Source: Candidatus Bathyarchaeota archaeon (GTDB lineage: Archaea; Thermoproteota; Bathyarchaeia; 40CM-2-53-6). Taken from it: 64,000 nt of DNA. This document shows, in pieces, positions 39,202 through 50,619 of this stretch. Made by a program: the position numbers and the translations under genes. The stretch is taken from assembly GCA_963726255.1 (NCBI GenBank), contig CAVSBL010000002.1:1024001-1088000 (forward strand), written 5' to 3'. The notes beneath the pieces are model-generated. The model did no database searches and was not told the DNA's origin. It saw nothing but the letters and a program-made list of their open reading frames with translations. Each line of letters opens with the position of its first letter. The first letter of the stretch is position 1.

Positions 39202-39588
39202 ATGGCTGACAGTGTTGTACACTTTGAGATTCCCGTGGATGAAATGGAGCGCGCGCAGAGGTTTTTCAAAGAAACCTTTGGTTGGTCGATAAACGCCATG
39301 CCGGAAATGGGCTACGCGATACTCGGAACCGCTCCGACGGACGCCGAGGGACGGCCCACTGAAACGGGCGCGATAAACGGTGGCATGCTCGAACGGCAGG
39401 AGCCTGTCAAGCACCCTGTGGTGACAATCAACGTCGCGAGCATCGACGACGCTGAGAAGCGCATACAGAAGAACGGTGGCAAAATGATCAGGAAGAAGAT
39501 GGCGGTGGGAGACATGGGCTTCGCCGCATACTTCCGAGATACAGAAGGAAACGTACTCGGCCTCTGGGAAAACGCAAAGGCGCAGTAG
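39202..39588 (+). CDS. VOC/glyoxalase family protein
   Basis: VVHFEIP, GAINGG, YFRDTEGNVLGLWE. Confidence 0.92.
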   Translation: MADSVVHFEIPVDEMERAQRFFKETFGWSINAMPEMGYAILGTAPTDAEGRPTETGAINGGMLERQEPVKHPVVTINVASIDDAEKRIQKNGGKMIRKKMAVGDMGFAAYFRDTEGNVLGLWENAKAQ

Positions 39589-40073
39589 TGTTTGGTTTGG
39601 CCGAGTCGCTCACTTCTGAACTGAAGAAGGCGTTGCTCGGCTGGTTCTACCCCGCAAGGTACAACCTAGAGAGATGGGCGTACGCCCTGCAACGTATCTC
39701 AGGCATTGCCGTGACGGGCTATTTTTTGGCGCATATTGTGGAAACCGGAAACGTTGTTGGCGGCCTGAGTGTTTGGAGTGTTCCGTCATTTGATGTGGCC
39801 CGGGATGTTTGGACAGCAACCTTCCTTTTCTTGGAGAACCCTGTCTTCGACATCGGCCTTGTTGTCATCGGCTTCATGCTTGCATACCACACCATAAACG
39901 GGATCAGGCTCACCCTGACCGAGTTCGGATTACTCCAAGGCCGGCCGGCCAGGCCCGACTTCCCGTACGAACCCAAGTCCTTCACAAAATCGCAGAGAGC
40001 ATTGTTTTGGTTGAGCATACTTTTCGCGGCCGCGACAGCCGTGTACGCCCTAAATCTTTTCTTCGGGGTTTGA
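39588..40073 (+). CDS. sdhC: Succinate dehydrogenase cytochrome b subunit C
   Basis: ERWAYALQRISG...LAHI...YHTINGIRL. Confidence 0.82.
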   Translation: MFGLAESLTSELKKALLGWFYPARYNLERWAYALQRISGIAVTGYFLAHIVETGNVVGGLSVWSVPSFDVARDVWTATFLFLENPVFDIGLVVIGFMLAYHTINGIRLTLTEFGLLQGRPARPDFPYEPKSFTKSQRALFWLSILFAAATAVYALNLFFGV

Positions 40074-40076
40074 GGA

Positions 40077-40433
40077 ATGAAAGAATCCACCAGGATGCTT
40101 CTTCACTACATAACAGGGCTCGGCATAGTTGTTGCAGGCGGCCTACACCTCTTCACAGTATTCTTGACCGGACCGTACCTTCAGAACCTTGCATTCAGCG
40201 GCGGGGCCTATTCAGTTATCGAGGTTTACCGGAATTTGATGCTTGCCGTCACCTTGGAGCTGCTACTGATCTTCGTAGATTACCATGCCCTGAACGGAAT
40301 CCGAGTAATTCTGATTGAATTCCACCAAGGCCAGAAATGGGAAAGGGGCGTTTCGTGGATTCTGGCGGTCGCTGGAATTCTCTTGCTCGTTTACGGAACT
40401 AGAACAATCCTGATTGCCAACGCACTCGCCTGA
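40077..40433 (+). CDS. sdhD: Succinate dehydrogenase membrane anchor subunit D
   Basis: LLHYITG...LH...YHALNGIRVILIE; follows sdhC. Confidence 0.78.
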   Translation: MKESTRMLLHYITGLGIVVAGGLHLFTVFLTGPYLQNLAFSGGAYSVIEVYRNLMLAVTLELLLIFVDYHALNGIRVILIEFHQGQKWERGVSWILAVAGILLLVYGTRTILIANALA

Positions 40434-41163
40434 AGAACCCCAATTGGACAACATTGCACTCGAAGCTGAGAGGAAACGAGCCGAACAAATCCTCAGCATA
40501 CTTCGTGCAAGCCTAGAGATACGCGAAGAAGACTTTGCCACGCTAACCGTAGCGCGTGAAACGAAGGATCCATTCCAAATCCTTATCGTAACAGTTCTCA
40601 CGCAGAACTGCACTGATGTCGCCGCGCTCCGAGCATTCAGAAACCTTGACCGACAAGTTGGCGTAACCGTGGCTAAGCTAGCTCAGGCAAACGTCCGTAC
40701 CATAGAGAAGGCAATCCATGTTGCAGGCTTACACAAGCAGAAGGCACGGGGAATAAAGCAGCTTGCCAAGATTATTGCTGAACGATATTCTGGAAATATC
40801 ACGGCTGCATTGAAAGGCCCGTTTGAAGATGTGCGTGCCGAGCTTCAAGAGTTGCCCAGAGTTGGGCCTAAGACGGCCGATGTTCTATTAGGAGTTCTAG
40901 GCTGGCCGACAATTTCAGTCGACACCCACGTTTACCGCGTTTCGAAACGGCTCGGCTTGGCCCCAAGAAAGGGTGGGGAGGAGAAGGTTAGAGGGGCGTT
41001 GATGCCGTTGTTCCGTGAAGAGGATTCGCGCATGGTCCCGCTATATTTCATGGCGCTTGGAAGGCAAATCTGTCGGGCTCGAAAGCCACTCTGCCCAGTA
41101 TGTCCTGTAAGCGAGCTATGCCCCTACCCCAACAAGACAACTTATCAGCAACGGGTTAGGTGA
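40414..41163 (+). CDS. nth: Endonuclease III (HhH-GPD, 4Fe-4S)
   Basis: LPRVGPKTAD, VDTHVYR, CRARKPLCPVCPVSELC. Confidence 0.92.
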   Translation: MPTHSPEEPQLDNIALEAERKRAEQILSILRASLEIREEDFATLTVARETKDPFQILIVTVLTQNCTDVAALRAFRNLDRQVGVTVAKLAQANVRTIEKAIHVAGLHKQKARGIKQLAKIIAERYSGNITAALKGPFEDVRAELQELPRVGPKTADVLLGVLGWPTISVDTHVYRVSKRLGLAPRKGGEEKVRGALMPLFREEDSRMVPLYFMALGRQICRARKPLCPVCPVSELCPYPNKTTYQQRVR

Positions 41164-41207
41164 AGCACGTCCCCTTCCTTTCTGCCTAATTTCACAGAAA
41201 ACGCGTA

Positions 41208-42743
41208 TTATTCTGGGGGAATTTCCTTGAAAGCAAACGATATGTTCAAACCCTCATTCCGAAGCCTGACCTTCGTAATCACGTATAGCACAGCGCCCAA
41301 CACAAACGTAACCGCAATGTATCCATAGGCTAAGGCATTGCCGCCCCAAATGCGGGGGTACGCCAAGAACTCGTAAGTCAGATAGGCGAAGACTAGGGAT
41401 TGCAGTACCCCGGCGACTGCAAGGAGAACCTTGGAACCTCCCCTTTCCTTCTTTACGGCATAGATAATTGCAGCAACTCCAACGAACGCAAAATAAATCA
41501 TCGACGCCATCACGGCACCGTAAAGGGAAGAAATCGTCCCATAGAGAAAAGCCGCGAGACCGATTAGGACGACCGTTACTGCGAGGTCGAGTATGTGCGC
41601 AACGACTGGTGAACCGTATTTCGGGCTAACGTAGGCTAACTTAGATGGAAGATACCGGTCGAAGGCTTGTGCAAGCATGTACCTGGAGATTGTAATTATG
41701 CCGAATGCCAAAATCGCAACCGTCAGCACTATCCAACCTATTCCGATTATCAAAGCCTGCAGGTAATTCGAAGAGACGCCTATGGCCAACGTCCAGAAAT
41801 TGAAAGAGTAGTTGTTCACGAGCGTTGGGTTTGAGAGAGCTGCGGTCGTGAACTGAAATCCTCCAACATAATACATCGATGCGTAGGGAATGGTTACTAC
41901 AAGGAAAGCCAGCAGGAGAGAAATTGGCACGCTCCACTTCGATGCTTTTTGTTTCAACTCGGAACCCACTGATGGTGCGGCGTTAAACCACGGATAAGTA
42001 AAGAGAGCAAAGTAGGGCATCATCAACAACGTTGAGTTAAGATCGAACGTGGGCCCGGAATAAGAACGAGCAAGCGAGGCGTATGTGGTCTGCGGAATAT
42101 TCAGCTTGTCAATGTAATTCTCTACGCCTGCTGGCCCTGCAATAATCATTGTGACTACGGCAACGGCCACCGAAAACATGCCAATAATCCAGCACGTTGA
42201 AATTAACTTGAATCCGAGCCTCGGCTTCAGTATATTGATTGCAACCAAAATTAGCACCAGACCGGACGCCAATAGGAACTGTGAGAATGGAGCCGAACCT
42301 GGGATGTTGCCGGGCAATGCGAGTCCCAGCATGCTTGAGTAACCAAGGGAAAGCCCGACAGAACCTACAGCGAACACAGCGGACAAAGCGATGAGCGCCA
42401 GATACGGCATTGTTTCAAGTGTGATGCCAGTTAGCGTTATCGTGCTACCGAGAAAACCGCCAAGCGACCTGGAGAGCCACACATAATCTCCTCCAGTCCT
42501 AGAGACTCGACTCGACAACATGGTGTAGACAATCATTTGGGGAACTGCCAATAGGGCGGCGATCGCCGACCCGAAAACTAGGTTAACGCCTGAAACGGTC
42601 GGAAGCGCAAGCATCGTAAACCCAACCAGCGCCAGCGCAGCACCTACCGACATGTAACTAACGTTGATCGCAATCGCGTCGAGCAACGAAACTTTCTTCG
42701 TTAGCCCAGTTGCATCTCGAAGGAAGATCTTAGAAGACGCCAA
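41208..42743 (-). CDS. APC-family amino acid permease
   Basis: FLRDATGL, RTGGDYVWLSR, AFDRYLP, FKEIPPE. Confidence 0.9.
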   Translation of the reverse strand: MASSKIFLRDATGLTKKVSLLDAIAINVSYMSVGAALALVGFTMLALPTVSGVNLVFGSAIAALLAVPQMIVYTMLSSRVSRTGGDYVWLSRSLGGFLGSTITLTGITLETMPYLALIALSAVFAVGSVGLSLGYSSMLGLALPGNIPGSAPFSQFLLASGLVLILVAINILKPRLGFKLISTCWIIGMFSVAVAVVTMIIAGPAGVENYIDKLNIPQTTYASLARSYSGPTFDLNSTLLMMPYFALFTYPWFNAAPSVGSELKQKASKWSVPISLLLAFLVVTIPYASMYYVGGFQFTTAALSNPTLVNNYSFNFWTLAIGVSSNYLQALIIGIGWIVLTVAILAFGIITISRYMLAQAFDRYLPSKLAYVSPKYGSPVVAHILDLAVTVVLIGLAAFLYGTISSLYGAVMASMIYFAFVGVAAIIYAVKKERGGSKVLLAVAGVLQSLVFAYLTYEFLAYPRIWGGNALAYGYIAVTFVLGAVLYVITKVRLRNEGLNISFAFKEIPPE

Positions 42744-43031
42744 TTCAGGTTAACCCGTCTAGTTTGGTTGGGCCAGGCGCATACGCATCTGCATTACACA
42801 TAAAAACACAGAGGATTTTGTCACCACCCACAACCACCGAAGGCTAGCGGCCTTGAACGTAGCAGTTATTCATTTCTGACTAACCACTACGTTACTAGAC
42901 ACGGCGCCTCAATCCCGTAACCAGGGATAGGTCGGCTGCCAGCCGATGTCTTCGCCGAAAACAAATAAGACGTAGCCAAGCTAACCATAACAACAAACCT
43001 AGATTCGAAGCCTCTTTGCCCGTGAATTGGA

Positions 43032-43970
43032 TTGGTCAAAACAGTTGTCATTGGAGCGATAAACTGGGACATCAACCTCTTCATCGACAACTTTCCTCGA
43101 GGAGGCGAAGAGGTAGTCGTTCGCCGGATTGCTCGCGTCCCAGGAGGGAAAGCAGGTAACACCGCCGTTGCAGCCGCAAGACTGCTGGGGCGTAACCAAG
43201 CTGCTATACTTGGTGCACTGGGGAAGGATGCGGTTGCGTCCGACCAGGTGAGAATCTTCCAAGACGAAGGTGTCAACGTATCAGGCCTAAAATTCAGTGA
43301 GAACGCCGAGTCGGGACAAGCATACATCGTCATCGACGCGAAGGGAGAAAATATCATCTATACTCACGTTGGCGCAAACGCCAAAATCAACCCGGATGAC
43401 CTAGACGATCCGACACGCCATGCACTAGTCGCGGAATCATCAGTCATCACAATAATGGACCCCCCCTTCGATACCGGTCTGAAGCTGGCTAGGGATGCAC
43501 GGGAACTTGGCAAAGTTATCGTGTTGGACCCGGGAGTAAAATCTAGAATGGGCGTCAAAGGTTCCGAGGAGATTCTGCGGAACGTCGATTACGTGGTAGC
43601 GAACGAATCTGAAGTGGCACTTTTGACCGGCACGAAGGATCGGAGTGCAGCCGTACGGAAACTGATGAAGATTAACGGCGAACTTAGAATCGTCGCCAAG
43701 TTAGGGGTAAAGGGTTCGATCATGTACACTGGCAAGCGGCAAATGGTTTCTCATGCCCTAGACTTGAAGTCGCTTGGGATGAAGGTGGTGAACACTGTGG
43801 GGTGCGGCGACGCATTCCTCGGCGCCTTTGTATCCGCATTGTCTGAGGGCCGAAGCGAACTCGAGGCTTTGAATTGGGGAAACGCGGCAGGCGGGATCAA
43901 AGCAACACGCGCGGAAACGCGCGGGGGCCCAAACCGCGAGACTCTATTGAAATTCCTCGCTTCGATTTAG
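43032..43970 (+). CDS. PfkB/ribokinase family sugar kinase
   Basis: GGKAGN, ANESE, NTVGCGDAF. Confidence 0.92.
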   Translation: MVKTVVIGAINWDINLFIDNFPRGGEEVVVRRIARVPGGKAGNTAVAAARLLGRNQAAILGALGKDAVASDQVRIFQDEGVNVSGLKFSENAESGQAYIVIDAKGENIIYTHVGANAKINPDDLDDPTRHALVAESSVITIMDPPFDTGLKLARDARELGKVIVLDPGVKSRMGVKGSEEILRNVDYVVANESEVALLTGTKDRSAAVRKLMKINGELRIVAKLGVKGSIMYTGKRQMVSHALDLKSLGMKVVNTVGCGDAFLGAFVSALSEGRSELEALNWGNAAGGIKATRAETRGGPNRETLLKFLASI

Positions 43971-44776
43971 TTTATGGAACCTAAGGCATCGACGACGTCT
44001 CTCAGCGAACTAATTCTGCGATCCGGCTGAATGTCAGAATCCGGAACCCGCCTGTCAGACCTTGACAGCGCTAATAACGAACCCGGTTGCTGCCTGAAGC
44101 CCTCCGGAACTGGGTAATCCAAGAGTATGGCCTTCATCCCCGCCTTCTTAGCACCCCAAGCATCAGCCTCAGGGTCATCGCCAATATGCACGATCTTGGA
44201 TGGTTCTGTTCCGAGTTCGATTGCCGCCTTCTCAAATATCAGCCCGTCTGGTTTCCTTGACCCTACTTCGTCGGAGAAAACAGTTGAACTGAAGAAACCC
44301 AATACACCATATTTCCTAAGCAGCTCCCGCAGGGCCGTACCCGGGCTTCGCCCCGTATTGCTGACCAAACCAATCTTTCGGACTCGGTCACGCACTTCTT
44401 GCAGGGTTGCGGCGGCGTCGCCCTCAAGCTCCGGAGGAGAGGCATATATTGGGTCAACATAAGCGCGCTCGAGCTTTCCAGCCGTCTGTGAATCCATCCG
44501 AAAATCGGCCAGGCCCGCAGCGCCAATAATCAACCGAATCTGTTCCGCTATCGGGAGCTCCTTGTTGTTGCGCCAAATTGATTGAAACAGGGAAGCGCTC
44601 TGCTCGTAACCCCTCTCTAGGTCCCCTAACGAAATCTTGACGCCTAAATCAGAGAGTACCTTGTAGATCCCTTCGTACCTCATCCTATTCCTTGCATCGT
44701 CTAGTTCCGGTTTGTCGATGAAGAGCGTTCCCCAAAGGTCGAAGGTAACGCAAATGTCTCTCTTGTAACTCGTCAC
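43967..44776 (-). CDS. HAD-superfamily hydrolase
   Basis: FDLWGTL, VSNT, RKPD, HIGDD. Confidence 0.9.
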   Translation of the reverse strand: MTSYKRDICVTFDLWGTLFIDKPELDDARNRMRYEGIYKVLSDLGVKISLGDLERGYEQSASLFQSIWRNNKELPIAEQIRLIIGAAGLADFRMDSQTAGKLERAYVDPIYASPPELEGDAAATLQEVRDRVRKIGLVSNTGRSPGTALRELLRKYGVLGFFSSTVFSDEVGSRKPDGLIFEKAAIELGTEPSKIVHIGDDPEADAWGAKKAGMKAILLDYPVPEGFRQQPGSLLALSRSDRRVPDSDIQPDRRISSLRDVVDALGSIN

Positions 44777-45666
44777 TTCATTCCGGCCTTTCGTATTTCG
44801 CTGGCTATCAACGGGGCAACGCTCACCCGGCTTATCGGGCTTGGAACGGTGTCCGTCCCAAACACACTGGTTACTCCAGCCTTCTGTATCTTCTCAAGCG
44901 CGCCGTTTGCTAAGATTGGATGTGTGCACGCAACAGCGACCTTATTCGCTCCTTGCGACATCAATATCCTTACGGCTTCTACGATCGTTCCTCCAGTACT
45001 AATTATGTCATCAACGATCAGGACGTCTCGCCCCTTGGCGCTCGACCTCCTAGGACGCACTTCCACCTGTGCATCTCCAAGCCGCTTCTTCTCGAAGACG
45101 TCGTAATCAGTCTCCAACCTTTCAGCGGCGATTTTTGCCCACTGCTCAGCCTCTGCGTCGGGACCGATCACTAGGGGCTTCTTGAGCTCGCCCGTCTTCC
45201 TAACGTAGTCCGCTAACAGAGGCATCGCGGATAGGTTATGGGAAGGGATTTTGAATATCTCTGAAGATTTCAGAACCCGATGCTGATGCATGTCGATGGT
45301 GTAAATCTCGTCTGTCCCTACGCTCTCCATGAGTTTGCTGACGGTTTTGAAGCTCAGCGCCTCGCCAGGTTTGAACCGTTCATCCTGCCTCGCATAAGCG
45401 AAGTATGGTATGAAAGCGGTTACCTTCTTAGCTCCGAGATCCTTCAGTGCATCAACGAGAAGGAGATATTCAAACACTAATTCGTCAGGTGTATGATGTA
45501 TTGATTGAATAACTGCAAGGTTCTCGTTCTTGACATCGTCGAGTACGCGAAGGTATTTTTCCCCGTCCGGAAAACGCCGGACTTCCAATGCTCCTGCTTT
45601 CAGATGTAGTTCCTGTGCGACCTTCGAAGCTAGCGCCTCAGACGACGAGCCGCCAATTACTATCAA
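44773..45666 (-). CDS. prs: Ribose-phosphate pyrophosphokinase
   Basis: FPDGE, PYFAYARQD, IVDDIISTGGT. Confidence 0.96.
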   Translation of the reverse strand: MIVIGGSSSEALASKVAQELHLKAGALEVRRFPDGEKYLRVLDDVKNENLAVIQSIHHTPDELVFEYLLLVDALKDLGAKKVTAFIPYFAYARQDERFKPGEALSFKTVSKLMESVGTDEIYTIDMHQHRVLKSSEIFKIPSHNLSAMPLLADYVRKTGELKKPLVIGPDAEAEQWAKIAAERLETDYDVFEKKRLGDAQVEVRPRRSSAKGRDVLIVDDIISTGGTIVEAVRILMSQGANKVAVACTHPILANGALEKIQKAGVTSVFGTDTVPSPISRVSVAPLIASEIRKAGMK

Positions 45667-45736
45667 CCTGCAAAACCACGGCCTGACCCGTATTGGGTGC
45701 CCAAATAAAACTTGTTTGAGATGACCATCAGCCTTT

Positions 45737-46393
45737 CTAAGCGTCGATTGCGTCGATAACCTCTTGAAAGTCGGTTATTTCCCTGTGTGGAACGTTTCCC
45801 TTTCGGCACGCCTCAGCTAACTTGGAACCTTTGATTGCGAATGAGAAATCAGCTTCTCTCGCCGCCGGGAAATCGCCTAACCCATCACCTATGTAGAAAA
45901 CTCTGTTGCCCTGTTCCTTGTGGTGCTTAACAAAGTCATCTTTGAAGTTAATTGATCCCTTGCCGAACAATCTGGGCATAGCCACTTCGTAACCTTTGCC
46001 GGTGAATTTCGATTTCGGGGCGTATATTTCCATGAAATTTAACCAATCGTCGCGACCTAGGAAATGACGAATACAAAACTCAAGCCCGCCGCTAACAATG
46101 ATGAGCGGTAAACGTTGTTTCTTGCAGTACTCGATCAGCCTTTCGAAGTTTGGCCTGAGAACCGCAACTTTGTCCAACTCGTCCAATATCACCTTCTCCG
46201 GAGCCGTGATCATAGCAAACTCGCTTCGCAGAGACTCTTCGAAGCTAATTTCACCGGCTTCAAATTGCTCCTCGATTCGCTTCCAACTGGGATCTGCGAA
46301 AAGCTGCAGTGCGAATTCGGCGGTGTCGATGGTGACAATTGTCTCGTCGAAATCGCTCATGACGACCGCCTTACTGGACTGCATCCGAATCAT
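45737..46393 (-). CDS. MtnX-like HAD-IB phosphatase
   Basis: SDFDETI, VSGG, YIGDGLGD. Confidence 0.85.
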   Translation of the reverse strand: MIRMQSSKAVVMSDFDETIVTIDTAEFALQLFADPSWKRIEEQFEAGEISFEESLRSEFAMITAPEKVILDELDKVAVLRPNFERLIEYCKKQRLPLIIVSGGLEFCIRHFLGRDDWLNFMEIYAPKSKFTGKGYEVAMPRLFGKGSINFKDDFVKHHKEQGNRVFYIGDGLGDFPAAREADFSFAIKGSKLAEACRKGNVPHREITDFQEVIDAIDA

Positions 46394-46469
46394 CTAACTT
46401 CTAGAGCAACTTCGCCCGGAACCGGTCGTAGGATGATTAAGGATGGTTTAAAGCGTTCCACTTGCGAGC

Positions 46470-46718
46470 TTGCCCAGAACCCAATTGCGAACGCGAGCTC
46501 TAGTTGCCTTAGCGCTGATGGCGTTAGGGGTCGTGCTCATTGCGTTTGCAATCGTATCGGTACTAATTCGATCGGCCCCCTTCGCGAACGTTCCCATTCT
46601 GGCTGCAGCAGGGGCTCTCCTACTCGTCATCGGCGTGTTACTACTGATAACGGAGCTTATGGAAAATTGGCTCACCAAAGGCCAGACTGCTTTGGTTGAC
46701 GGCCTTCAAGCTGGGTAG
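46470..46718 (+). CDS. Small two-TM membrane protein
   Basis: 82 aa hydrophobic ORF upstream of the IMPase gene. Confidence 0.55.
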   Translation: MPRTQLRTRALVALALMALGVVLIAFAIVSVLIRSAPFANVPILAAAGALLLVIGVLLLITELMENWLTKGQTALVDGLQAG

Positions 46719-46730
46719 CCGCGTCCACTC

Positions 46731-47549
46731 GTGGTGATGAATACTTTGAACATTGGACCCGAAGAATTGCTCGATGTCGCCACCGCGAGCGCCGAGGAAG
46801 CTGGAAAGAAACTTCTAAAGCTGTTTCAAGGCTCGAAAAGGCTGTCCGTTAAGCGGAAGTATGATTATCCAGGTAGCCTCGTCACGAACGCGGACATAGA
46901 AGCTGAAAGAATCATTCTGGGGAAGATTAGGCGAAGTCGAATCAAATCCACTGTGAATTCGGAGGAAGCAGGTACCGTAAGCTACGGGTCACGCGACATC
47001 GTCTGGGCCTTGGACCCACTTGATGGGACACTGAACTATGTGAAGCGAATTCCATACTTTGCAGTCTCAATCGGCGTACTAGTGAAAGGCGAACCCGTGG
47101 CCGGCGCGATATACAACCCTGTCTTGGACGAGATGCACACCGCATGTCGCGGAGGAGGGGCCCACTTGAACGGAAAACGAATTCATGTCTCCAACGCCGG
47201 ATCGCTCAGCAATTCGTCGCTCATTTTTGAGTGGTGGGAGGAGGAACCAGCGATACCAGACCCACTGGCACTGGAAAAGCAACTCTACCATTTTACGCGA
47301 AGGCTGCGATCGCCAGGAAGCGTTGCGTTGAACTTGTGTTCTGTGGCTTCCGGTCGATTCGATGGTCTCGTTACAGTTTTCAGAAAATCCCCCATATACG
47401 AAACTGCGGCGGGTTGCGTGATCCTTGAAGAAGCTAAAGGCCGAATAACTAACTCGTCAGGCGGAAGCTGGAAGCATTTCTCTTGTTCCATATTAGCGGG
47501 TGGCCCAAGAGTCCAGAGGCAGCTTCTATCCTTAGTTCGAAGGCGGTAA
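46731..47549 (+). CDS. suhB: Inositol monophosphatase family protein
   Basis: SEE, LDPLDGTLNY, GRFDG. Confidence 0.88.
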   Translation: MVMNTLNIGPEELLDVATASAEEAGKKLLKLFQGSKRLSVKRKYDYPGSLVTNADIEAERIILGKIRRSRIKSTVNSEEAGTVSYGSRDIVWALDPLDGTLNYVKRIPYFAVSIGVLVKGEPVAGAIYNPVLDEMHTACRGGGAHLNGKRIHVSNAGSLSNSSLIFEWWEEEPAIPDPLALEKQLYHFTRRLRSPGSVALNLCSVASGRFDGLVTVFRKSPIYETAAGCVILEEAKGRITNSSGGSWKHFSCSILAGGPRVQRQLLSLVRRR

Positions 47550-47561
47550 ACCAAGCTAGAA

Positions 47562-48653
47562 TTAGAGGCCTTCACGGGCGAGCTCGTTCATGAGTTCGCG
47601 TTGCCGAGAAGTCAGTTTCGTAGGCGTCTTTACCTGGACCATTACGAGTTCATCTCCTCTGCCATTTTCACGAAGGCTGGGCATTCCTTTCTTGCGTAGG
47701 CGGAAGATGGCTCCACTTTGGGTGCCAGGGGGCACGACAATTTTCGCCAGTCCATCCAAAGTGGGAACTTCGAGTTCACCGCCCAGAACCGCTTTGGAAA
47801 GGCTCAAACCGATATTGCAAACGAGGTCGTTTCTCTGTCTTTTGAAGACCTCGTGCGGCCTCACATCAACGACAACGTATAGATCTCCCCTTTGCCCACC
47901 ACCATCGGCCGTGTCTCCCTCGCCACGTAAGACCAATTGGGAACCTGTATCAACGCCAGGGGGAATTCTTATGCTGATTCGCCTGTGGCGTTCAACGATC
48001 CCTGCACCTCGGCAGACATTGCAGGGTTTCTCAATTATCGTTCCTCTGCCACGACATTTGCGACAGGGCTCGATTCGTGCAAAATGCATGAACCCTCTCG
48101 TTTGGACATGTTGAATTTGGCCTGTGCCCCCGCAGTCTGGGCATTTCTTCGGTGAAGTCCCTGGGCTCGCACCTGTCCCGCCGCATTCTGAACACCGTTC
48201 CCTCCTGGGAACCTCAATCTCAGTGGCAAGCCCAGAGTACGCTTGCTCAAGCGATATCTCTAGATCGTACCGTAGGTCTTCGCCCCTCGTCGGGCGGCGT
48301 GGCCCGCGCCCCCCAAAGAAGACATCAAAGATTGATTCAAAGCCACCAGCACCACCAGCACCGAAACCCATGTCCCTGAATATCTCGTCGAAGTTTACGC
48401 CGCGGAATATGTCCTCTGTAGAGTATTGTGAATCGATTCCAGCATGTCCCAGACGGTCGTATTGCGCTCGCTTATCGTCATCTGAAAGAATAGCGTAGGC
48501 TTCGGTTATCTCCTTGAATTTCTCCTCAGCGCCGGGTTCCTTGTTTCGGTCAGGATGGTATTTCAGGGCGAGTTTTCTGTATTCATTCTTCATTTGTTCC
48601 TTAGTGGCGTTCCGCGGCACGCCGAGTACATCGTAGTAGTCACGCTTCGACAA
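47562..48653 (-). CDS. dnaJ: Chaperone DnaJ
   Basis: HPD J-domain, G/F region, four CxxCxGxG repeats. Confidence 0.97.
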   Translation of the reverse strand: MSKRDYYDVLGVPRNATKEQMKNEYRKLALKYHPDRNKEPGAEEKFKEITEAYAILSDDDKRAQYDRLGHAGIDSQYSTEDIFRGVNFDEIFRDMGFGAGGAGGFESIFDVFFGGRGPRRPTRGEDLRYDLEISLEQAYSGLATEIEVPRRERCSECGGTGASPGTSPKKCPDCGGTGQIQHVQTRGFMHFARIEPCRKCRGRGTIIEKPCNVCRGAGIVERHRRISIRIPPGVDTGSQLVLRGEGDTADGGGQRGDLYVVVDVRPHEVFKRQRNDLVCNIGLSLSKAVLGGELEVPTLDGLAKIVVPPGTQSGAIFRLRKKGMPSLRENGRGDELVMVQVKTPTKLTSRQRELMNELAREGL

Positions 48654-48677
48654 TGCTGGTCGGCCGCGGTCTCATTG

Positions 48678-50549
48678 CTACTTCTTGTCGTCAACTACCT
48701 TGTAATCAACGTCTACCGGCTGGGTCTTGTTGTCAGTTTTCGGGGCTGATTCCGATGAGCCGCTTGAAGCTGCTTGCTGCTGAGCGACGTGTTGGTAAGC
48801 TGCAGTTCCAATGTCCTGCATGATTTTCTGAAGTGCTTCGAACTTCTGTTTAATCACGTTAACGTCCTTGCCTGCCATGGCCTGTCGAAGCTCCGCTGTA
48901 CTCTTTGTGACCTGTTCAGACTGCTCCTTTGAGATCTTACCGGCGAGTTCCTTCGTCAGCCGCTCAGCGCTGTAGATTAGGTTGTCAGCCGAATTTCGAA
49001 GCTCCGCCTCTTCCTTGCGCTTCTGATCTTCAGCCGAGAATTGATCCGCCTGTTTAACCATCTTCTCAATTTCGCCTTTCGAGAGTTTTGTGGAGGCGGT
49101 TATGGTGATCTTCTGCTCTTTGTTAGTAGCCAAGTCTTTCGCGGTCACGTTCAGGATGCCGTTTGCGTCTATGTCAAATGTGACTTCGATTTGTGGTACT
49201 CCCCGAGGTGCCGGTGGAATTCCTGTCAGGTTGAACATGCCTAGTGAGACGTTGTCGCCTGCCATGGGCCTTTCACCTTGGAGAACATGGACTGTGACCG
49301 TCGTCTGAAAGTCGGCCGCCGTTGAGAAAATTTGGCTTCGCTTCGTCGGAATAGTAGTATTTCGTTCAATTATCTTCGTAGCAACGGCGCCAAGAGTCTC
49401 AACGCCAAGAGACAGCGGAGTAACGTCGAGGAGCAAAAGGTCGCGAACTTCCCCACCGATTACGCCCGCTTGAATAGCGGCCCCCGTGGCGACGCACTCC
49501 ATGGGGTCGACCCCGCTCTCTGCTTCTTTGCCCATGTAATCTTGTACGAATTTTCGAACGATGGGCATCCGGGTCGGTCCACCGACTAGGATGATTTTGT
49601 CGACATCTTTGGGGGTAAGCTTGGCGTCTTGAATAGCCCGTTCCGTGGGGCCTCGGCAACGGTCGATCGTTGGTCGAACAATCTCCTCTAGTTTGGCCCG
49701 AGTTAGGGTCATTGTGAGATGTTTTGGGCCCGCCGCGTCGGCTGAGATGAATGGAAGGTTAATGTCCGTCGTCAGGACGGTGGAGAGTTCGATTTTGGCC
49801 TTTTCAGCCGCTTCGCGAACCCTTTGGCTCGCGACCTTGTCGTTACGTAGGTCTATTCCTGTGTTCGCCTTGAATTCCCCTGCTATGTAGTCTAGGAGGG
49901 AGTTGTCCATGTCGGTTCCCCCGAGCTGAGTATCGCCGCTAGTTGACAGAACCTCAAAGACTGGTGGTGCCTTGGGATCGGGCTTACCTACGTCCATCAT
50001 GGTTACGTCCAAGGTTCCGCCTCCCAGGTCGAAGACCATTATCTTGAGTTCCTTTTCCACCCGGTCAAGGCCATAGGCTAGCGATGCGGCAGTTGGTTCG
50101 TTGATTATTCTAACAACCTCAAGACCCGCGATTGCGCCTGCGTCCTTTGTCGCCTGACGTTGGTTGTCATTGAAATAGGCAGGGACGGTGATCACGGCTT
50201 TCTGGACGGTATCACCCAAGAAGGCTTCCGCGTCGCGTTTGATTTTCTGAAGTATGAAGGCGGAAATCTGCTGCGGCGTGTATTCTTTGCCGAAAATGTT
50301 GACCTTATAGTCAGTACCCATCTTGCGTTTGATTGCTTGAACCGTACCCTCCGGATTCGAGACGGCCTGGCGCCTAGCTGGTTCGCCTACGAGCAGCTGC
50401 CCGTCTTTGGTGAAGGCTACGTACGAAGGAAATGCCTTGCCGCCCACTGACGTCCCTTCAGCGCTAGGGATAATGGTGGGGCGTCCGGCAATGACGGCTG
50501 CTGCAGCAGAATTGCTAGTTCCAAGGTCTATTCCGATAATCTTAGGCAA
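48678..50549 (-). CDS. dnaK: Chaperone DnaK
   Basis: [36 protein letters not shown]. Confidence 0.98.
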   Translation of the reverse strand: MPKIIGIDLGTSNSAAAAVIAGRPTIIPSAEGTSVGGKAFPSYVAFTKDGQLLVGEPARRQAVSNPEGTVQAIKRKMGTDYKVNIFGKEYTPQQISAFILQKIKRDAEAFLGDTVQKAVITVPAYFNDNQRQATKDAGAIAGLEVVRIINEPTAASLAYGLDRVEKELKIMVFDLGGGTLDVTMMDVGKPDPKAPPVFEVLSTSGDTQLGGTDMDNSLLDYIAGEFKANTGIDLRNDKVASQRVREAAEKAKIELSTVLTTDINLPFISADAAGPKHLTMTLTRAKLEEIVRPTIDRCRGPTERAIQDAKLTPKDVDKIILVGGPTRMPIVRKFVQDYMGKEAESGVDPMECVATGAAIQAGVIGGEVRDLLLLDVTPLSLGVETLGAVATKIIERNTTIPTKRSQIFSTAADFQTTVTVHVLQGERPMAGDNVSLGMFNLTGIPPAPRGVPQIEVTFDIDANGILNVTAKDLATNKEQKITITASTKLSKGEIEKMVKQADQFSAEDQKRKEEAELRNSADNLIYSAERLTKELAGKISKEQSEQVTKSTAELRQAMAGKDVNVIKQKFEALQKIMQDIGTAAYQHVAQQQAASSGSSESAPKTDNKTQPVDVDYKVVDDKK

Positions 50550-50619
50550 CGATTGCTCTCCCAGTAGTTACTTAACGTAACAAGGTACTAGGGATGGGTT
50601 CAAAAACCTTATGGGGCAA

